Positions 25,907-39,920 of a stretch of 64,000 nt of DNA are shown piece by piece. This DNA is from Mizuhopecten yessoensis (Eukaryota). The notes under the pieces are model-generated. The model saw only the letters and a list, made by a program, of their open reading frames with translations, ran no database searches and was not told the origin of the DNA. The stretch is taken from the NCBI RefSeq assembly GCF_002113885.1, contig NW_018408705.1, forward strand, positions 98,139-162,138, read 5' to 3'. The position numbers and the translations under genes are program-made. Numbering within the stretch: the stretch's first letter is position 1; each line of letters starts with the position of its first letter.

Positions 25907-28900
25907 AACATGATTTCAACAACGACATCACGATATGACCTCAAACACAAAGGCTTCAAAATACACCCAGAATGGAATCTAAACAACGATACAAAGTAAT
26001 TATCTCAAAACGATGTAATCTCAACAACACCACAATGATTATAGGTCAACAAGAAAATGATTAAACTCCTTGTATTAATAAAAAAAAAGTATGTATCATA
26101 AAAATATTGAGCAAGCCCTCTTCGGGTTGTTTGGGGTTATTTCGATTGGTAAAGGTGGCATTCAGGTATTTTCCTTTCGGATTGCCCTTTCACAGGCTGC
26201 AGAGGAGGTTATAATTTCTTTGTAGAAACATATTTAGAAAACACCTATCTTGTTGTAACTATGGATAGAATGTAAAACAACTATGTGGATCAACTGACCT
26301 TGTAAACAAACATTTCTGTTATTTAGCAATCATGTCAACAAGTGTGTGAGGCTATGTTTGTGTCGACTAATGTCGTACAACTATATTATTCGACCGCATG
26401 TGTCGACAATCTAATGAGAACGCTGCTGTCCCACTACTGTGGTTGGAATTAAATAAATGTTGTTTTGTACCCAAATTGCAGTATGTTTACAAAATATGTT
26501 TGTTATTGTATGGAACTAATCTTTTTGGTCGATCTAATGGTACTTGACTATTTTTGGCGAAAAGTACATACTTGTAATATTATACATTATATACGATTTA
26601 AGTGTGCTAATGACTTGCATTAGCGGATAGAGCTAATGGCCTTCATGCAGGAAACTCATGTAAATGAGAAGCATTTTATAATACGTCATCGAATTTCATT
26701 AAGGTACTCGACATCAGTAAAATGTTTTTGATCAGTAAATATCTGTTGTTACATCTCAGTAGACTAGATAAGGTATCCTCCGACTGTTTCGGGCGTATTG
26801 CGTACCTGCTATAGATGTAACATGTGGTATGTTGGCAAACATATTAACATAAAGTTAACAGAGCGTAAACTATTTAGCTGTACAGATGAGGTATGCGAAG
26901 TCTAAAAACGCTAAATAACTTGATATCTTAAATTAAGATTTATATACTCATAATAGTATAATATAATTAAATCCCCTGACAGGAAATAGGATAACATTTC
27001 GCTATGTAGTGAGAACTTTGATAATCTAGTGTTGTTTTGAGTATCATAAGAGGTGACGATCCATCGCTTTATTATTACATATCTGTTTGGGGAGTCAAAA
27101 GAAGAAATTAACAAAAATACAAATGGATGGCATTCTTTCATCTGTATGTGATTAAGTTTATGAGTTTTACGTATGTGCAGTTTGATAGCGTACATATGGT
27201 TGTGCTCCGCCCTTCACTGATAGGGCTGGAGAACATCGGTAAACCTACCGTGCTTATACATGTACCTGAAAGTGTCTCTCCAGACAAGAAGCTTTAGACT
27301 GCACCACATGATACGTATCAGTGTCCGGTTCGAACTTTTCATTTTTTGTACAAGTCGGTGGCTAATGGTCCACACAGCACGTGTCTGTTTTTATAAATAT
27401 CCATGACTGTCTATCTGTTACCTTTAAAAATAGTACGGATCTGGTAGAATATTTGGCCTTCAATGAACGACGGGGAAAACAGGCTGATGTTGAATATAAA
27501 TCTGAAATAAAAGACAAAACTGTACTTAATTGCTCTGCTCAAATATCACACGTTTGTCTGCTGAATCCTATCACTGACGAACAGATGGTGTAAGGTAGGA
27601 GTCACCGGGGACGGTATTCCTGGACATTTGAGAGGAGAGGAAGAGATAGAGCGAGCGTGTGTAGAGGAGGGAGAAGAGGGACAGGAGATACATTGATGGG
27701 ATACGGTTAGGGAAGGAGATAGACCAGTTGGAAAATTTAACGAATGCATCCAACCACCATGACTCATCATTAAGTATAATTTAATATTCCTTCATGTACA
27801 CAAGATGTAGCAACAATATCAAGATGCAATCCTTTTGGACGTTTATTTGGTACTGTGCAACGATACTCAGCATGATTTTCAGCGATGATTTTGTATCGGT
27901 CTGTGATCAGTAGACAAGATATAAAGCATTATGTAAATTGCTAACCTTAGATGCCTAGCTGTCTAACGCCACCAATCTTGTATCTGTCAAACGGCCAATA
28001 AAGATGTTCTGCAGATATGCGTGGGTGGAATGTACGGAACATGCACATGGGGTCCTACATCTTAGTTAAAACACGTTAGTTCTATTTTACATCCTCGTGA
28101 TGTCTTACAGTAACACCTTGGCCATACGCACGTATTAGAAGTATGAGAAATATCTATTAAGACATCGCATGCAGTTGGGAGACGAAGTATTATTGAGTTG
28201 TCATTTCTGAGTAACAAACACTAACTGCAATACAATACATCAGACATTTTATTTACGTGGCGGCATTAATCATGTGTGTGTTTTGAAATATTCTTAAGGA
28301 CTTGTGTGGAACCTTGAGTTTTCACTTATTTCATATAATATCAGTTACATCTTCTTTACGTTGTACGATACACATATCATCATGGAACTTTAACAACGTT
28401 TTGAATTCTTGAGGTACAATTTTTTTTGTGCATTTTTATCTAAAACTTAGGAACTTAGAAACTTGTATCAGGACGGCACCATAAATAAGATTAATTTTAC
28501 CAGCAGAAATGAAATAACAACAATAACATAACGACGCATACACAAAGCCGAAATTACATTAAAAATCAATAGATTTTAAGCATGAGTAAAGGTAAGATTT
28601 ACAATGTGATCCTTAAAAAAGTTCGATAAATCAATGTGTTTCGAATGGATACATGTTTTCTGATTCATCGACGATAGTCGCTATTGAAATAATGAGAATG
28701 TGGACGAAGTTGCAAAGTATATTTCTGTTTTGCTAAACATAGAGGTGTGCTACATTTGTACCATAGTCTCTTATATTGTAATAGAGACTTATTGTATATC
28801 ACTTTTAAAGGCGTTTTAGATGTAATTACGAAACTAACACTACCCACCGCTTGGTTAAGTAGGAATATCAGATGATTGTCTGATCATTTACATACACAAT

Positions 28901-31900
28901 CAGGTATAAGTGTAATGATGATGATTTGCTCTTTAGTGACATTAAGCACGAGTATCCAGTTGGTTATCTTATTGTACCCACAGACAAACGTTACCACGTT
29001 TTATCTAACGATCGTAAACCTTTGATTCTCCAGTAATATAATACCTGCATACCCTGCTTATGGAATTTACATGATGAGGTGCCGTTAGGTAGAGAGGCGC
29101 TAATTTCGAAGACACTTCAATATACTGTGAAGGAATCTTACGATCGTCTTGATGATCTGATTTCTAATAAAGAGGTTCTATTGTCCTCTTTGATTCGGGA
29201 GGAAATTTTACAGTGTCGTTGTGAACCCAATTACTCGGAACTTTCACGAGGACCCCAAGAGTGCAAGACACTTTCTTTTCTAGGGCGCATTGTTTCACAT
29301 CCGTGTATTTTTGGTTGTTGTCCTACCTTTTAGTATCTACACGATTCAGGTGGTTGTTATCGACTTTGAACGCCAAACGAAACCTATGCAGTGATGGTGC
29401 ATGTTTAGTTAAGAGGAGTTCCGAAAGGGTTTTGTACAATGATGATGCGGTGTTTTGAGTTACGAATATACAAATGTAGTTAGTGTGTTGACGCCACGGT
29501 ACAGTTAAAAAGTCATATGTGTCAAGAAAATGGACATAACAGATGGTCAATTATCTTAATATGCCACTCGGAACCTGTATTATTGTTGACGGTAGGAATT
29601 AGTGACATTTTTGAAGAACTGTATGATCACGTACATGTATACTCTGTTGCAAGAACAATCGTCGGACGATGATTCAAACTATTTACCGAGGATTTTGTCT
29701 CAGAAATGGCTGTTATCTATGTGATTTCGAAATCATTTGAAACATTGATTTTCTTTATTCCTTTCTATACTATGGTGAGGTGTTTCCAATATCAGCATGA
29801 GATCTTACACCTTTGAAATCTGTTTCCGGTCTGAAAAAAAAGCATGCGACATAGACACCTTACCTTTATCGCTGTAACATAATCTTTGCAACTTTAGAAA
29901 TAAGATTTTTCTCACTTTTTTTCCCCCTTTATAACCATAAATGAGTTTTGAAAGAACCAAATGGCCATATGTCGATGTGAAATGTTTACATTGTTCAGTT
30001 TTCTGCACTGTCGAACTTAATTTTAAATTAGTGCTTTCTTTTTTATATATCTAGTACTTTTTATAAAGTGTATGAAAATATTAATACATATTGACTTAAG
30101 CTAATATGATATGAATTATAAGGAAAAAACTGACGTAAATCCTTGATTAATACGGATATCATTTCTAAACGCTCAACGTTTTGGAAACAAACAACAAGCA
30201 TACAAATCACTTATTAGAGCATAATTTATAGGGAAACAAGCCGGTATGCCTTTTTGATAGAGATAAGTAACTAGGTCAGGAATCTATGTTGTAAAAACAG
30301 ATAACCGCTCAGAAACTGTAAATACAAACATGTTTTTTTAATATTCTCAGAGCAGACTAATGTGCTAGCATGCTATCAATCGCTAATCACATCAACAGCT
30401 TCATAAAGATAAATGGGAGGCAAGCACAAACTCGTTATAGGAGGTCTGATAAACTTTAACAGATTCCAGTCCTCGAATGTGTAGGCAGATATGGTGTCTC
30501 TTTCGTTTTTGGTTCGAAATTCCAATGTCAACTTGAATGTTTAAGTTTTTATTGATTAATTAAGTTTAGGTTAAATCAGTTGACGTTCCGTGATATGACA
30601 ATGATTAATCTAAGACCGTATGGTCAACGTGTCATTCGAATGGTTTACTAAACATTTTACAAGTATTGACTTTTTGGTTAACACTAGGGTTTGTTTTCTC
30701 ATTAATATACTCTTATTAAGGATAAAAATGACCATCCAACTTTTTCTTCAAAAACGGTCAGTGTTGAACAAAGGTATGGAGGTAATACGGCAAATAATGT
30801 TGTGGTGTTGAGGTAGACACTAGATGAAATATCCTTTATTTGAGATTGGGAAATGTAAATCAGTATTGTGTATTTCAATTGTCACATTAATTGTGTCGAT
30901 TTCGATCTTAAAATTAACTGGATATTGCCAAATGGAAAACATAAGTCTATTTTTAACAAGATTACTGCTTTGCCAGATATTTGATTTGATTTGAGTTTAA
31001 ACATATTTTATTCAATAACGACTATGATTCGCAAACAGGAAAATCCTATTTAATCTGTCTCTCCAGACATGTTTGGTGTCTCGTTTCGAATATTTGTCGA
31101 CAAAAATTTGTGCTATGTAAGGAGAGTGCAGACTTAAGTTCGTAATGTTATTTCAACCTCATTTGTCGTTACAGTAGTACTTTGTGAACGCTTATACAAC
31201 GTGAAACGTTTCACTCTGTCTAGGACTTGCTACAGTTTACCGATTTTATTAAGAAGTATGCATACATCTAGCCATGGAAATATCAAATAATTTTCCGGGA
31301 TCAGTTTTTGTGAATAACAATCCGTTAGACAGACATAAAATCGTCCTCCAGGTTATGTACTTAAGAAAGGACCCGATCGCAGTCACTGGGCTTCCTCGGT
31401 TCCCTACGTCTTCAATATGGCCTCTATAGAGTCGGTTTGAGATGGGAAACTTAATGACGCAATCACTTCTGCGTAATATTTTCAATTAGTTTTCTCACAG
31501 CGCTCAGCAAGCCAATATATCCACTTATTTTATAGTGGACAAAACACTCGATAGGATATCAAAGTTACAAAACCAAAAAACTTCTCTTTGTTTGAAATAA
31601 TATGTTTTTTGATTTTTAGTGGTTCAGAATGAAATACATGTCTGGGGTTGTGTTAGATTACATTCTAGCTAGATTACATACATGTGATGAAGTGAGGGGA
31701 TACGTGATGTATGAAGTGACAGTGTAGGGGGATCTGTATGACAGACACAACCTAACGTGAAGCGTAATACAAATCAATGATTTTGATTAATAAATCATTC
31801 CATTATTCACATCTCATCTAAACAGAATCTGAATGTCGCTACCTACAGAAACAAAATGTATAATATGTTACAACACAAAGTAATATATGATACAACATAT

Positions 31901-34695
31901 AATAAAGTCCGTATTGAGTGATTTAGATGGACAGTAACCATTGAAATCTTTGGTAAGCTTACACAATGGTGTGCCTTTTCATTCAAATCTCAACCCTTTA
32001 TTTTGAAGATACTTAATGTGTTTTTCACTGGTGCCACATATGGTGCAGGAAATATTTACCCTGGTGGAGGACATATTTTCGCCTCTGGTTTATTTGTCCA
32101 TGACGTCTTTCTTCTTTTCTTCCCGGTTGCCTAATCATTTGCTTGCACCTGCCGAGAGACGAGGCTTTGAGTGGATGGAATTTCAAAGGCATATTAAATA
32201 GGGCTTTCGGTAAGATTATTGTGCTCAGTCCTCATTTATCCTTCCATAATCCAATGTTGATCTAATTCAGTTCTCGTGATATAATACTTTTACCTATTGC
32301 AGGCTCTGTTTAAAACCACTTAAACGTTGTCAAATGCATTTTTTGCTGTCAATTGTTAACGAATCTAAATATGCGTATTTGACATGAAATAATAAATTCA
32401 GTTTACTACCTCTGTTGCCATTTTTCTATAATTCCTTGAATAAGGAACGTAAGGTGTGCATCGGAATGGTAGTCTTACGCCTAATTTAAACAATTTTGTT
32501 TTAAAGATCACTCAAACATCCATTTTTACCGCGGGACGAAGGTTATGTCTAAACTTTCGAATCTTCAAGTGATAACATACATAATGTACATAGGTATCTA
32601 CCGAAATCATCACGAGCACACACACGCCTTCACTTGTAATCAAAATAATTGTTGTTAGGATGTATCACTCATTCGCTCAAATAAGCAGGATAGGCAGACC
32701 AAATTTAAACTTATTGATTATGAATTTTAAAGAAAGTATGACTACATTGTCTCCAGTTTTAAACATCATTGAGTTTTCCATACTGTTGTTTGCTTAAAGG
32801 TTTATGTCATTTTAATAGTATTGTTTGTAAGAAGATATACGAACATTTGTTTCTATATTCCTAACATCTTAATTAGAATGAAAATTCATTTTCGGAAAAG
32901 GTTCTTGCACATGTGCAGACGTAAATACTACACTCATGACCGTCGTTATAGACCAGTATAACTAGAAGAGAACTGTACGTACTTGCAATGCCAAATAAGC
33001 CGTTTCAAAGCATCTCTTTCTGGAAATATTGCGATCACGACTGTTTTGGTTGAGATATGTAAGTGTATCGGTATGCAAGACATAATGTCAAAAGGAAAGT
33101 CAATATAATCAGCACACGCCGTTGCAAAACACAAAAATAAACAAATATGTCAACCAGTGCAGAATATGGACGTCATGGGAATGCAATGCATAACTGGATC
33201 AGTGTTTCATTTACATGAAATACATGTCTGAAATTGGAAATCAATATTCATTAAATAGGAACTCATTTTCCTCATGAGTTCAAGGATTCCGTGATCTTGT
33301 CCATAGCTGCCATATTTGATATTATATCGGTATATTTCTCACAGACTTCTGACGACATGACTAAATATATGTTCCGAACTTGTCTGAAAAGTTATCATAT
33401 TTATCCTTGGTTTTCATTATTACAAACTATTGTATCTAGTAATATGCAATATAAATATGAATTATGTCTTTGTGTATTTTCATACATAACTAAATGTCCT
33501 TCCTATTACGCCTTGCACATGCATATCATGCGTATTTGCTATATCGGAATACATTTCCGCTTCCGATTTCTGGAGGTGAAACCAAACATCAATCAACATG
33601 ACGCGTATTTGAATGTAACAAACAGACAATTGGTACATAATGAAATATTTGTTCGCTATCGTATCGATTGATTGTTTCACAAATTAAGATTAATACTTAT
33701 GAATACTAAAATAACCTTGATACCCCCTGAAATACAGCTTTCCTATAGTTGCAGTATGTTGGTCGAGCCTTTTCGTCCACATATGTACTCTCAGATATTT
33801 CAACCTCACGTGTTCAAATGATGTTATTTCGTGTCGAAATACTTTACAGGAACACTAGTGTCAATATCCGCAACGGTTCCACGAGACAAATGGCGATTTC
33901 TAATCTTTCATGTTTGCTTGTAAACGTACGTAAATGTATGCTGTAAAAAACAAATGTGAAGTTACTTCGGACTTAATCACATGACGAGGGGACTAAAAAG
34001 ACAATGGTATTTTCTGGTAGTGGGAAATATATCATTTTCGTGTACGATACATATTTCAAAGATTTTCATTGTGCTTATCTTGTTGTTTTTAATGATAACA
34101 TGTATTGAATAAAATGTTCGTCAGATGTATGAGTTATCTTATAAAACCCCGGAACACAGACGTTACATAAGATGAGACTACATGATTCAGCTTACCCCGT
34201 ACATACGTTTGAACCTATAGGATCTGCTGTACATTCGGATGGGTTAGTGGTGTTATCTCTTTTGGTTTTCACGTTTAAGTGTACGTGTCCGTGGACCAAA
34301 TATAGTATATATCAGTGTGATTTTAACTTTTTGATAATTTCAACCGGTAAAGTTCCCTAGCATCTTCTTCGAAACAATATGAAACTGTTTGTGAATATTA
34401 TTTTATCGAAGAATCAATTTGTGAGACAGAATGTTTACATGTTTTTTTTTCATCTAGCTGGTTTTGTTTGCTCTGTAGTACGAATTTAGTTGCAAACTAC
34501 AATGTACATTTTTGTTTCTGGTCAGAAGGCGAGGGTTCATGGGCTCCGTATAATGATTTGCGACAGGTGTGGTTCTAAACCCCCTTATGATAAATTCGCT
34601 GTATACTTTGTTTGTAAATATAACCTCCCTGTTAACCCATATGCTTTACATGTATATCCTATTTGAGAACGATTAAACTATCGTTATACAGTTCA

Positions 34696-34890
34696 ATGGT
34701 GCGTACACTGACACTTTTAGAGACCATGTCAGGGAAACGTTGTGTTGTTGATGCCATGACTTTGACAGGTTTTGTTCACGTCTGAAATATTACAATTGCC
34801 CCAAACTTGTATAGATGATAATGATGAAGACATGATAACAAGTGCGTGTTCTTGATTGTAAAAACACTTGTGATATTCATAATCAGGGGA
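34696..34890 (-). repeat. Inverted copy of 25711-25906
   Basis: As above. Confidence 0.9.
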
Positions 34891-37800
34891 GAGATAAAAT
34901 TTGGTAATGCATTTCTCACTTGGATACCAATTGCTTGATAAACCTCATTGCAAAAACCCATTGGATCTGCATGGTCAATCAGTACGACAGTGAGGACTTT
35001 AACTTAACAACAGAATAAAACCTTTAAACGATGACAACACTGTAAGGTTTGAAATTGTGACGTCAGCAGTGCTCTATTTATTGATTAGCAATAACGAATA
35101 GCACAGTTAATTTTTGTCTTTGATATCAGTCTAATCAATAGTAATTCCGTGCTTTGTCTACGTTTCAATGTTCCATTTAAACGATGCTACTGGTTCACAA
35201 CTCAGCTGATGAGTACGTATCCATGTTTGTCGATTCGCTTAATTGTGCCACATGTCTTCCCATAGGACTAATCTATATCTGCTTCTATCACACATGGTTA
35301 TACCAAGTACTTATTGTATATCGTACGTGATTCGAGTTACTACATTGACGTTTCAAGACGCCATACACCAACCAAATACATATACATTAGTCATACAATC
35401 TATCTTGTACCAACCAACTTATATGATAAGCATGCACCTTTGTACCACTAAATACACATCATATGGTAGTCATATATTTGAATGACTGATCTGGCATAAA
35501 ACACATGCAATTTAGTCCTTCAATAAACATAGGAATCAATACATGAGGTAGTGCTATCATACAATTCAGAACCAAACATATATAATATGGTACATGTAGT
35601 TATTCAATAAAACTTGAACCACAAACTTTGATATTGTGGTCATGAAATATATCTAGTATCAAGTATGTTTGATACCTCTCTGGTCTTGAAAATTAGTCGC
35701 TTACCTCGACATCATACTAACAACATGACAAAATAGAACGGCTTACTGCCTGTCGTCCGACAAACACAACGATTTCGATTTTCTGATAACAAGTTTTCCC
35801 TTTCTTGAACGTAACGTGTCTGCTTATTCAACCTTATTCACGAGCTTTCGTTGAATAACATGCTTTCGGTGATTCGGTGAAATGTAAGAGATAGACTAAC
35901 AACACGGGATTTTGAGAGATGCAGGTTGATAAGTATAGTGTTGTCGAAATCATGATCTCATCGATAAATGTTCTATTCCATTGTGCGATATAAAGATATC
36001 GATATTTTTTGCATACTCATTAATGTGATTTGTGATCATTGCCATGGCCTAGGTTCCACGTTGAAATTTGATATTTATTTGATTTCACCTAGATTTACAT
36101 TACCACTGTCGTCGCGGAAGCTGGAGACGCTTATTATTCCGACACACATGGTCTCTTTTTTGGACGTTTTCAAGTGATCCCGTATTAATAATTAATTGTT
36201 CATAAATTGCCATCGTTTTATTGATTCTGAGTTTGATTAGCGGTTTGGTTTGTCTTTTGGAGTTCTCTGGTTTTATTTTACAGAATGCCTGGTTTCAAAC
36301 ACATGCTACGATTGTCTTACAACTTTTTTAATTATTTTGTCCTTAAGTCCAACTACATGTGGTGCGTCCTTAATGGCCATTAGGTGCAGTATAAAATGAT
36401 CATTTGGTTTGGCTATCTGCTTATATTGTTCATAGAAACGTGTAAATATTAATCAATTCAATTATATCGCTATACTCTAGGTCAACTTCTGGTACGTTTA
36501 GAGTTGGTTATGTAACCATCACCAAACAGAAGGTGATGCAACACTTACAGACGATAAGGTTACATCCGAGAGAAAATCTTTCTCCTATTTCGATGCTTCA
36601 TTCTGAAATAAAAGTCTAAATTACCATTGTGTGACAAGACTTCCTGTCTAGGTATCGTGTATGATGACCTAGCGAAGCTTGTAGATAATTGAATGGTACT
36701 TGGTTAAACCTATGTCTATCCTCACAGACATGTTGTGGCGACAGACATATATGAGTGTCAACTATAACATGTACACTGATATGTTAGCCTCACCAGGAAC
36801 CAGCAGGGAACAATGCCACAGTCGTCAGTACATTGTAAGCCTCAATCGTTTCCCAAATGCGATACATAACCTTGTTGATGATAGCAAACATGCTGTTTAG
36901 CGAGAAGCTTATTGCGACGGTAATACTTATGCATAGATAATGTAATCAATGCTTCAATATTATATTTCTGTCACATGGAGTGAGAAATGCTACTCGAATG
37001 TCGCTAATAAGTGAATATCATCGAATGTGACATGCAAAGCTTTTACTGGGAAACTCTTATTTGCAGAAAATTACTAAAACGGAAAATCCTCTGAAGTTCG
37101 AACTGAAACATGACTTTATGTAAGGTTCCCTCTGATCTCTAGAAAAAAATATGCAAGTGAATGCTTGCGGAAAACATTTGACCCACACTGAATTCCATTT
37201 GTTGCACTTTAAACAATTTATTTATTCTACTAGTTCTGTCTCCAATCTGATTGAGATTATTATTCGGTTTCTTGTTCCGTTCAATTGTCTAAAGCAGATG
37301 GCGTTGTCAGTCGAACATACGACAGCATCATCAATAAACATAGAAATCTTAAACTTCAGTCATTATTACCATAAAACCTATATAAGATTCTGTTCCAATG
37401 GATAACGTTTTGTTGTTATATTAGCATTGTACATTATCACTGATGACAATGTGTCTTTAAACAAATCTAAATTCGTATATTATTAACAAAACCACTAAGA
37501 ACGATAATTGCATCGCCACCCACATAAGCCATTGTGACAACTCTACTGACATTGGCAATAGTTTTATATTCATGACAACAAAAGAAAGAAACATCAGCGA
37601 ATTTCTTTTTGGTTATAAAATCGACCCTATTTACCCAGTTTCCGGCCAAACTTGATAGGCAATTATCTTGAAGAAGAAATGAATTGTCTGTTTGGGTCAA
37701 AAAATCTTTATTTAATAATTAATGAATGGTTGTTTGAAAAATTTGGTTTATTATAATGGTTACCTTTTTTTTTTTAATTATTTCAAGATCCAACAGAAAT

Positions 37801-37959
37801 AAACAGTTAAAAGCCATATTCATAAGTATCATTCTTTGTTCTTGGAGCGGTGCGGTAAATTTAAAATTTAGTAGCAATAGAAACGACATCGATCATTTGG
37901 AATAACAAGAATTGGATGCAGTTTTCTGTCCAATTACAACGAAAAATTGAGACATAAGC

Positions 37960-38186
37960 AACTCCGCCCCTTGCCGCTCACTAGGACACGTGTACACGTG
38001 TCTGATTGACATCACGGGCAATCAACATACACCAATCCTAAAGATGACGCGCCATTACACATAACACGTGCAATCGGGAGCCTCGTTCTGGTTATCACCC
38101 CAATCAATCTTCGCGTCTTCTTCCGGTAGAATTATCTGAATTCTGGAAAGTATTTTTCTGCTCGACAGGCAATTTTTCGGGTAAGC
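37960..38186 (+). promoter_or_regulatory. Probable Pol II promoter and non-coding first exon
   Basis: GC box CTCCGCCCCT (37962); palindromic double E-box GACACGTGTACACGTGTC (37985-38002); third CACGTG (38065); CCAAT boxes (38032, 38100); ETS-like CTTCCGG; donor CGG|GTAAGC at 38181. Confidence 0.55.
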
Positions 38187-38515
38187 AGTTCATTCGAGAT
38201 TGATGTCTTCCACGAGTGACTTAGACGATCAGAAGTCGAATTTATGCACCAATTTGATGTACTACAGAAAACTATGCTGATGGGTGATCGTTGACGAAGT
38301 ATGATGTATATTGTATCTCATTCAAAGGTGATTGAAACAGTTCTATTTTGTTATTCAATTTAATTTTGTATGTACAATAATATACATCTATATGAAGAAT
38401 TAACTAATTAATTTCAATTTCCTGTGTACAGTAGTTGCGTAACAAAATATTTTCGAGAATGAATATTTTGTCATACGTAGGATAACATTTAAAGATCATC
38501 ACGTTACAACAAAGG

Positions 38516-39920
38516 TCAGAAACTACGTTTTTCAACAATGCGTATTAAGTTCAATTTATTCATTTCAAATGACTTTTCAATATTTTCTAGACGAAAGGAA
38601 TCAAAAGATTTTTTTGCTTGTCGGCTTGCAGCCAGAGTTATGATATCTGTATGCCATAGTTGATGCAACAGCGCTGAACAGATAAATTCGTCAATTACAT
38701 CTGTCTCCAAAACGATCGCCACCTACCATCTTCAAATAGACAGACGCACATTCTCTTCAATCATCGAAAATATATCCACCACCCACCGTCTGATCGGAAA
38801 CGACCGCGCCTTCCTCTCCTCTGTTTGAAAAATGCTGCTCCAACTCTGATATCAGTGATTGTCGCGCAATCTGTTCAGTCTTCAGAGCAACAGATACCGA
38901 AATCTAGAAAGTGGCGATCGGGATACATTTCTGATTCAAGACAATCTTTACCCAACATTTCTTTGGAGACGGTCGTATCTTATCGTTCGTCTAGCCGACA
39001 GCTAATGCCAATTGTATGCTAAGCAATATTTGCACTTTTGTTTTCAGATATATCTAGAACAATCGGTACTCACCTCCAACTCAGTAACGAACTCTTCTTA
39101 TACCTTTTCCAGTAAAACAAAACAACTGCTACCCACTGACTTTTAAGCAATTTGGTTTCCTTTATAATGTCATTTACGGACGTACCTCATCGAATGTTGT
39201 GTATGCGTGCATGTGTGTGTCTGTGTTTTGGAAGCGTTACATTGGTGTATTATCTTTCTTATGATAACACGAATCTGATGCCGACTTCATAGTGCTATCT
39301 CGTAAAAACATTATGATACAGAGCACAGTACTCCACTCGGTCATATTATACCGACCAGGGGTAAACCCGTTATTGTTATTAATGGGAACAGAACGGGCTG
39401 TCTGCCCAACTTGGACGAACTATCAACACAAAGGACAGAAATGGGTTATTGCCAAACGAGGTATTACGAAACAAAAAGGTTGGTAGGAAGAAGAGAGGAA
39501 ATAGAAATATTCCAAATGTGGGCAGCAGATCAGTTTATTGTTTCTTATCTGCTGAGCAGAAAGCAGAGAATTAAATCAATCTGCATCCAATAGATGCACA
39601 GTCAGTGTTAACCTTCTAAAGTGACCGCTATCAACAATCTGTCAACTTCAGGTTGTGTTAACCAGATAGATGTCATTTATGTCTATCTTGCCAAAATAAA
39701 GACATCAATTGTATTTATCTAAAACTAATTATTCAATCTTATACCTAATTGTATATATCTAGACCCATCGGTATAGCCGTATCTGTCGTTTAGACACGTG
39801 ACGTAAAACTGACCATAACCCCAGATCACACGGGTTCGTGGGATTGCACTGCATATCATGATGAAGGGCGAGATGAAACCCCACAAATAATGATACGTAT
39901 TCAGTGTTAAGCTGCTCATA
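38516..39920 (-). pseudogene. Decayed Toll-like receptor-like gene (LRR / LRRCT / TIR-like remnants)
   Basis: Minus-strand fragments in TLR order across shifted frames: DSGHFRRLT, FGNNPF (LRRCT-like), LFCF..STDCS, then ISVSVALKTEQIARQSLISELEQ..DIFSMIEENVRLS..VAIVL..DEFICSALLHQL (TIR-like). Contains stops, frameshifts and a SINE insertion. Confidence 0.35.
39168..39370 (-). mobile_element. Degenerate Meta-type SINE fragment
   Basis: GTCATTTACGGACG, TGATGCCGACTTCATAGTGCTATCTC and CGGTCATATTATAC match the other copies. Confidence 0.75.
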
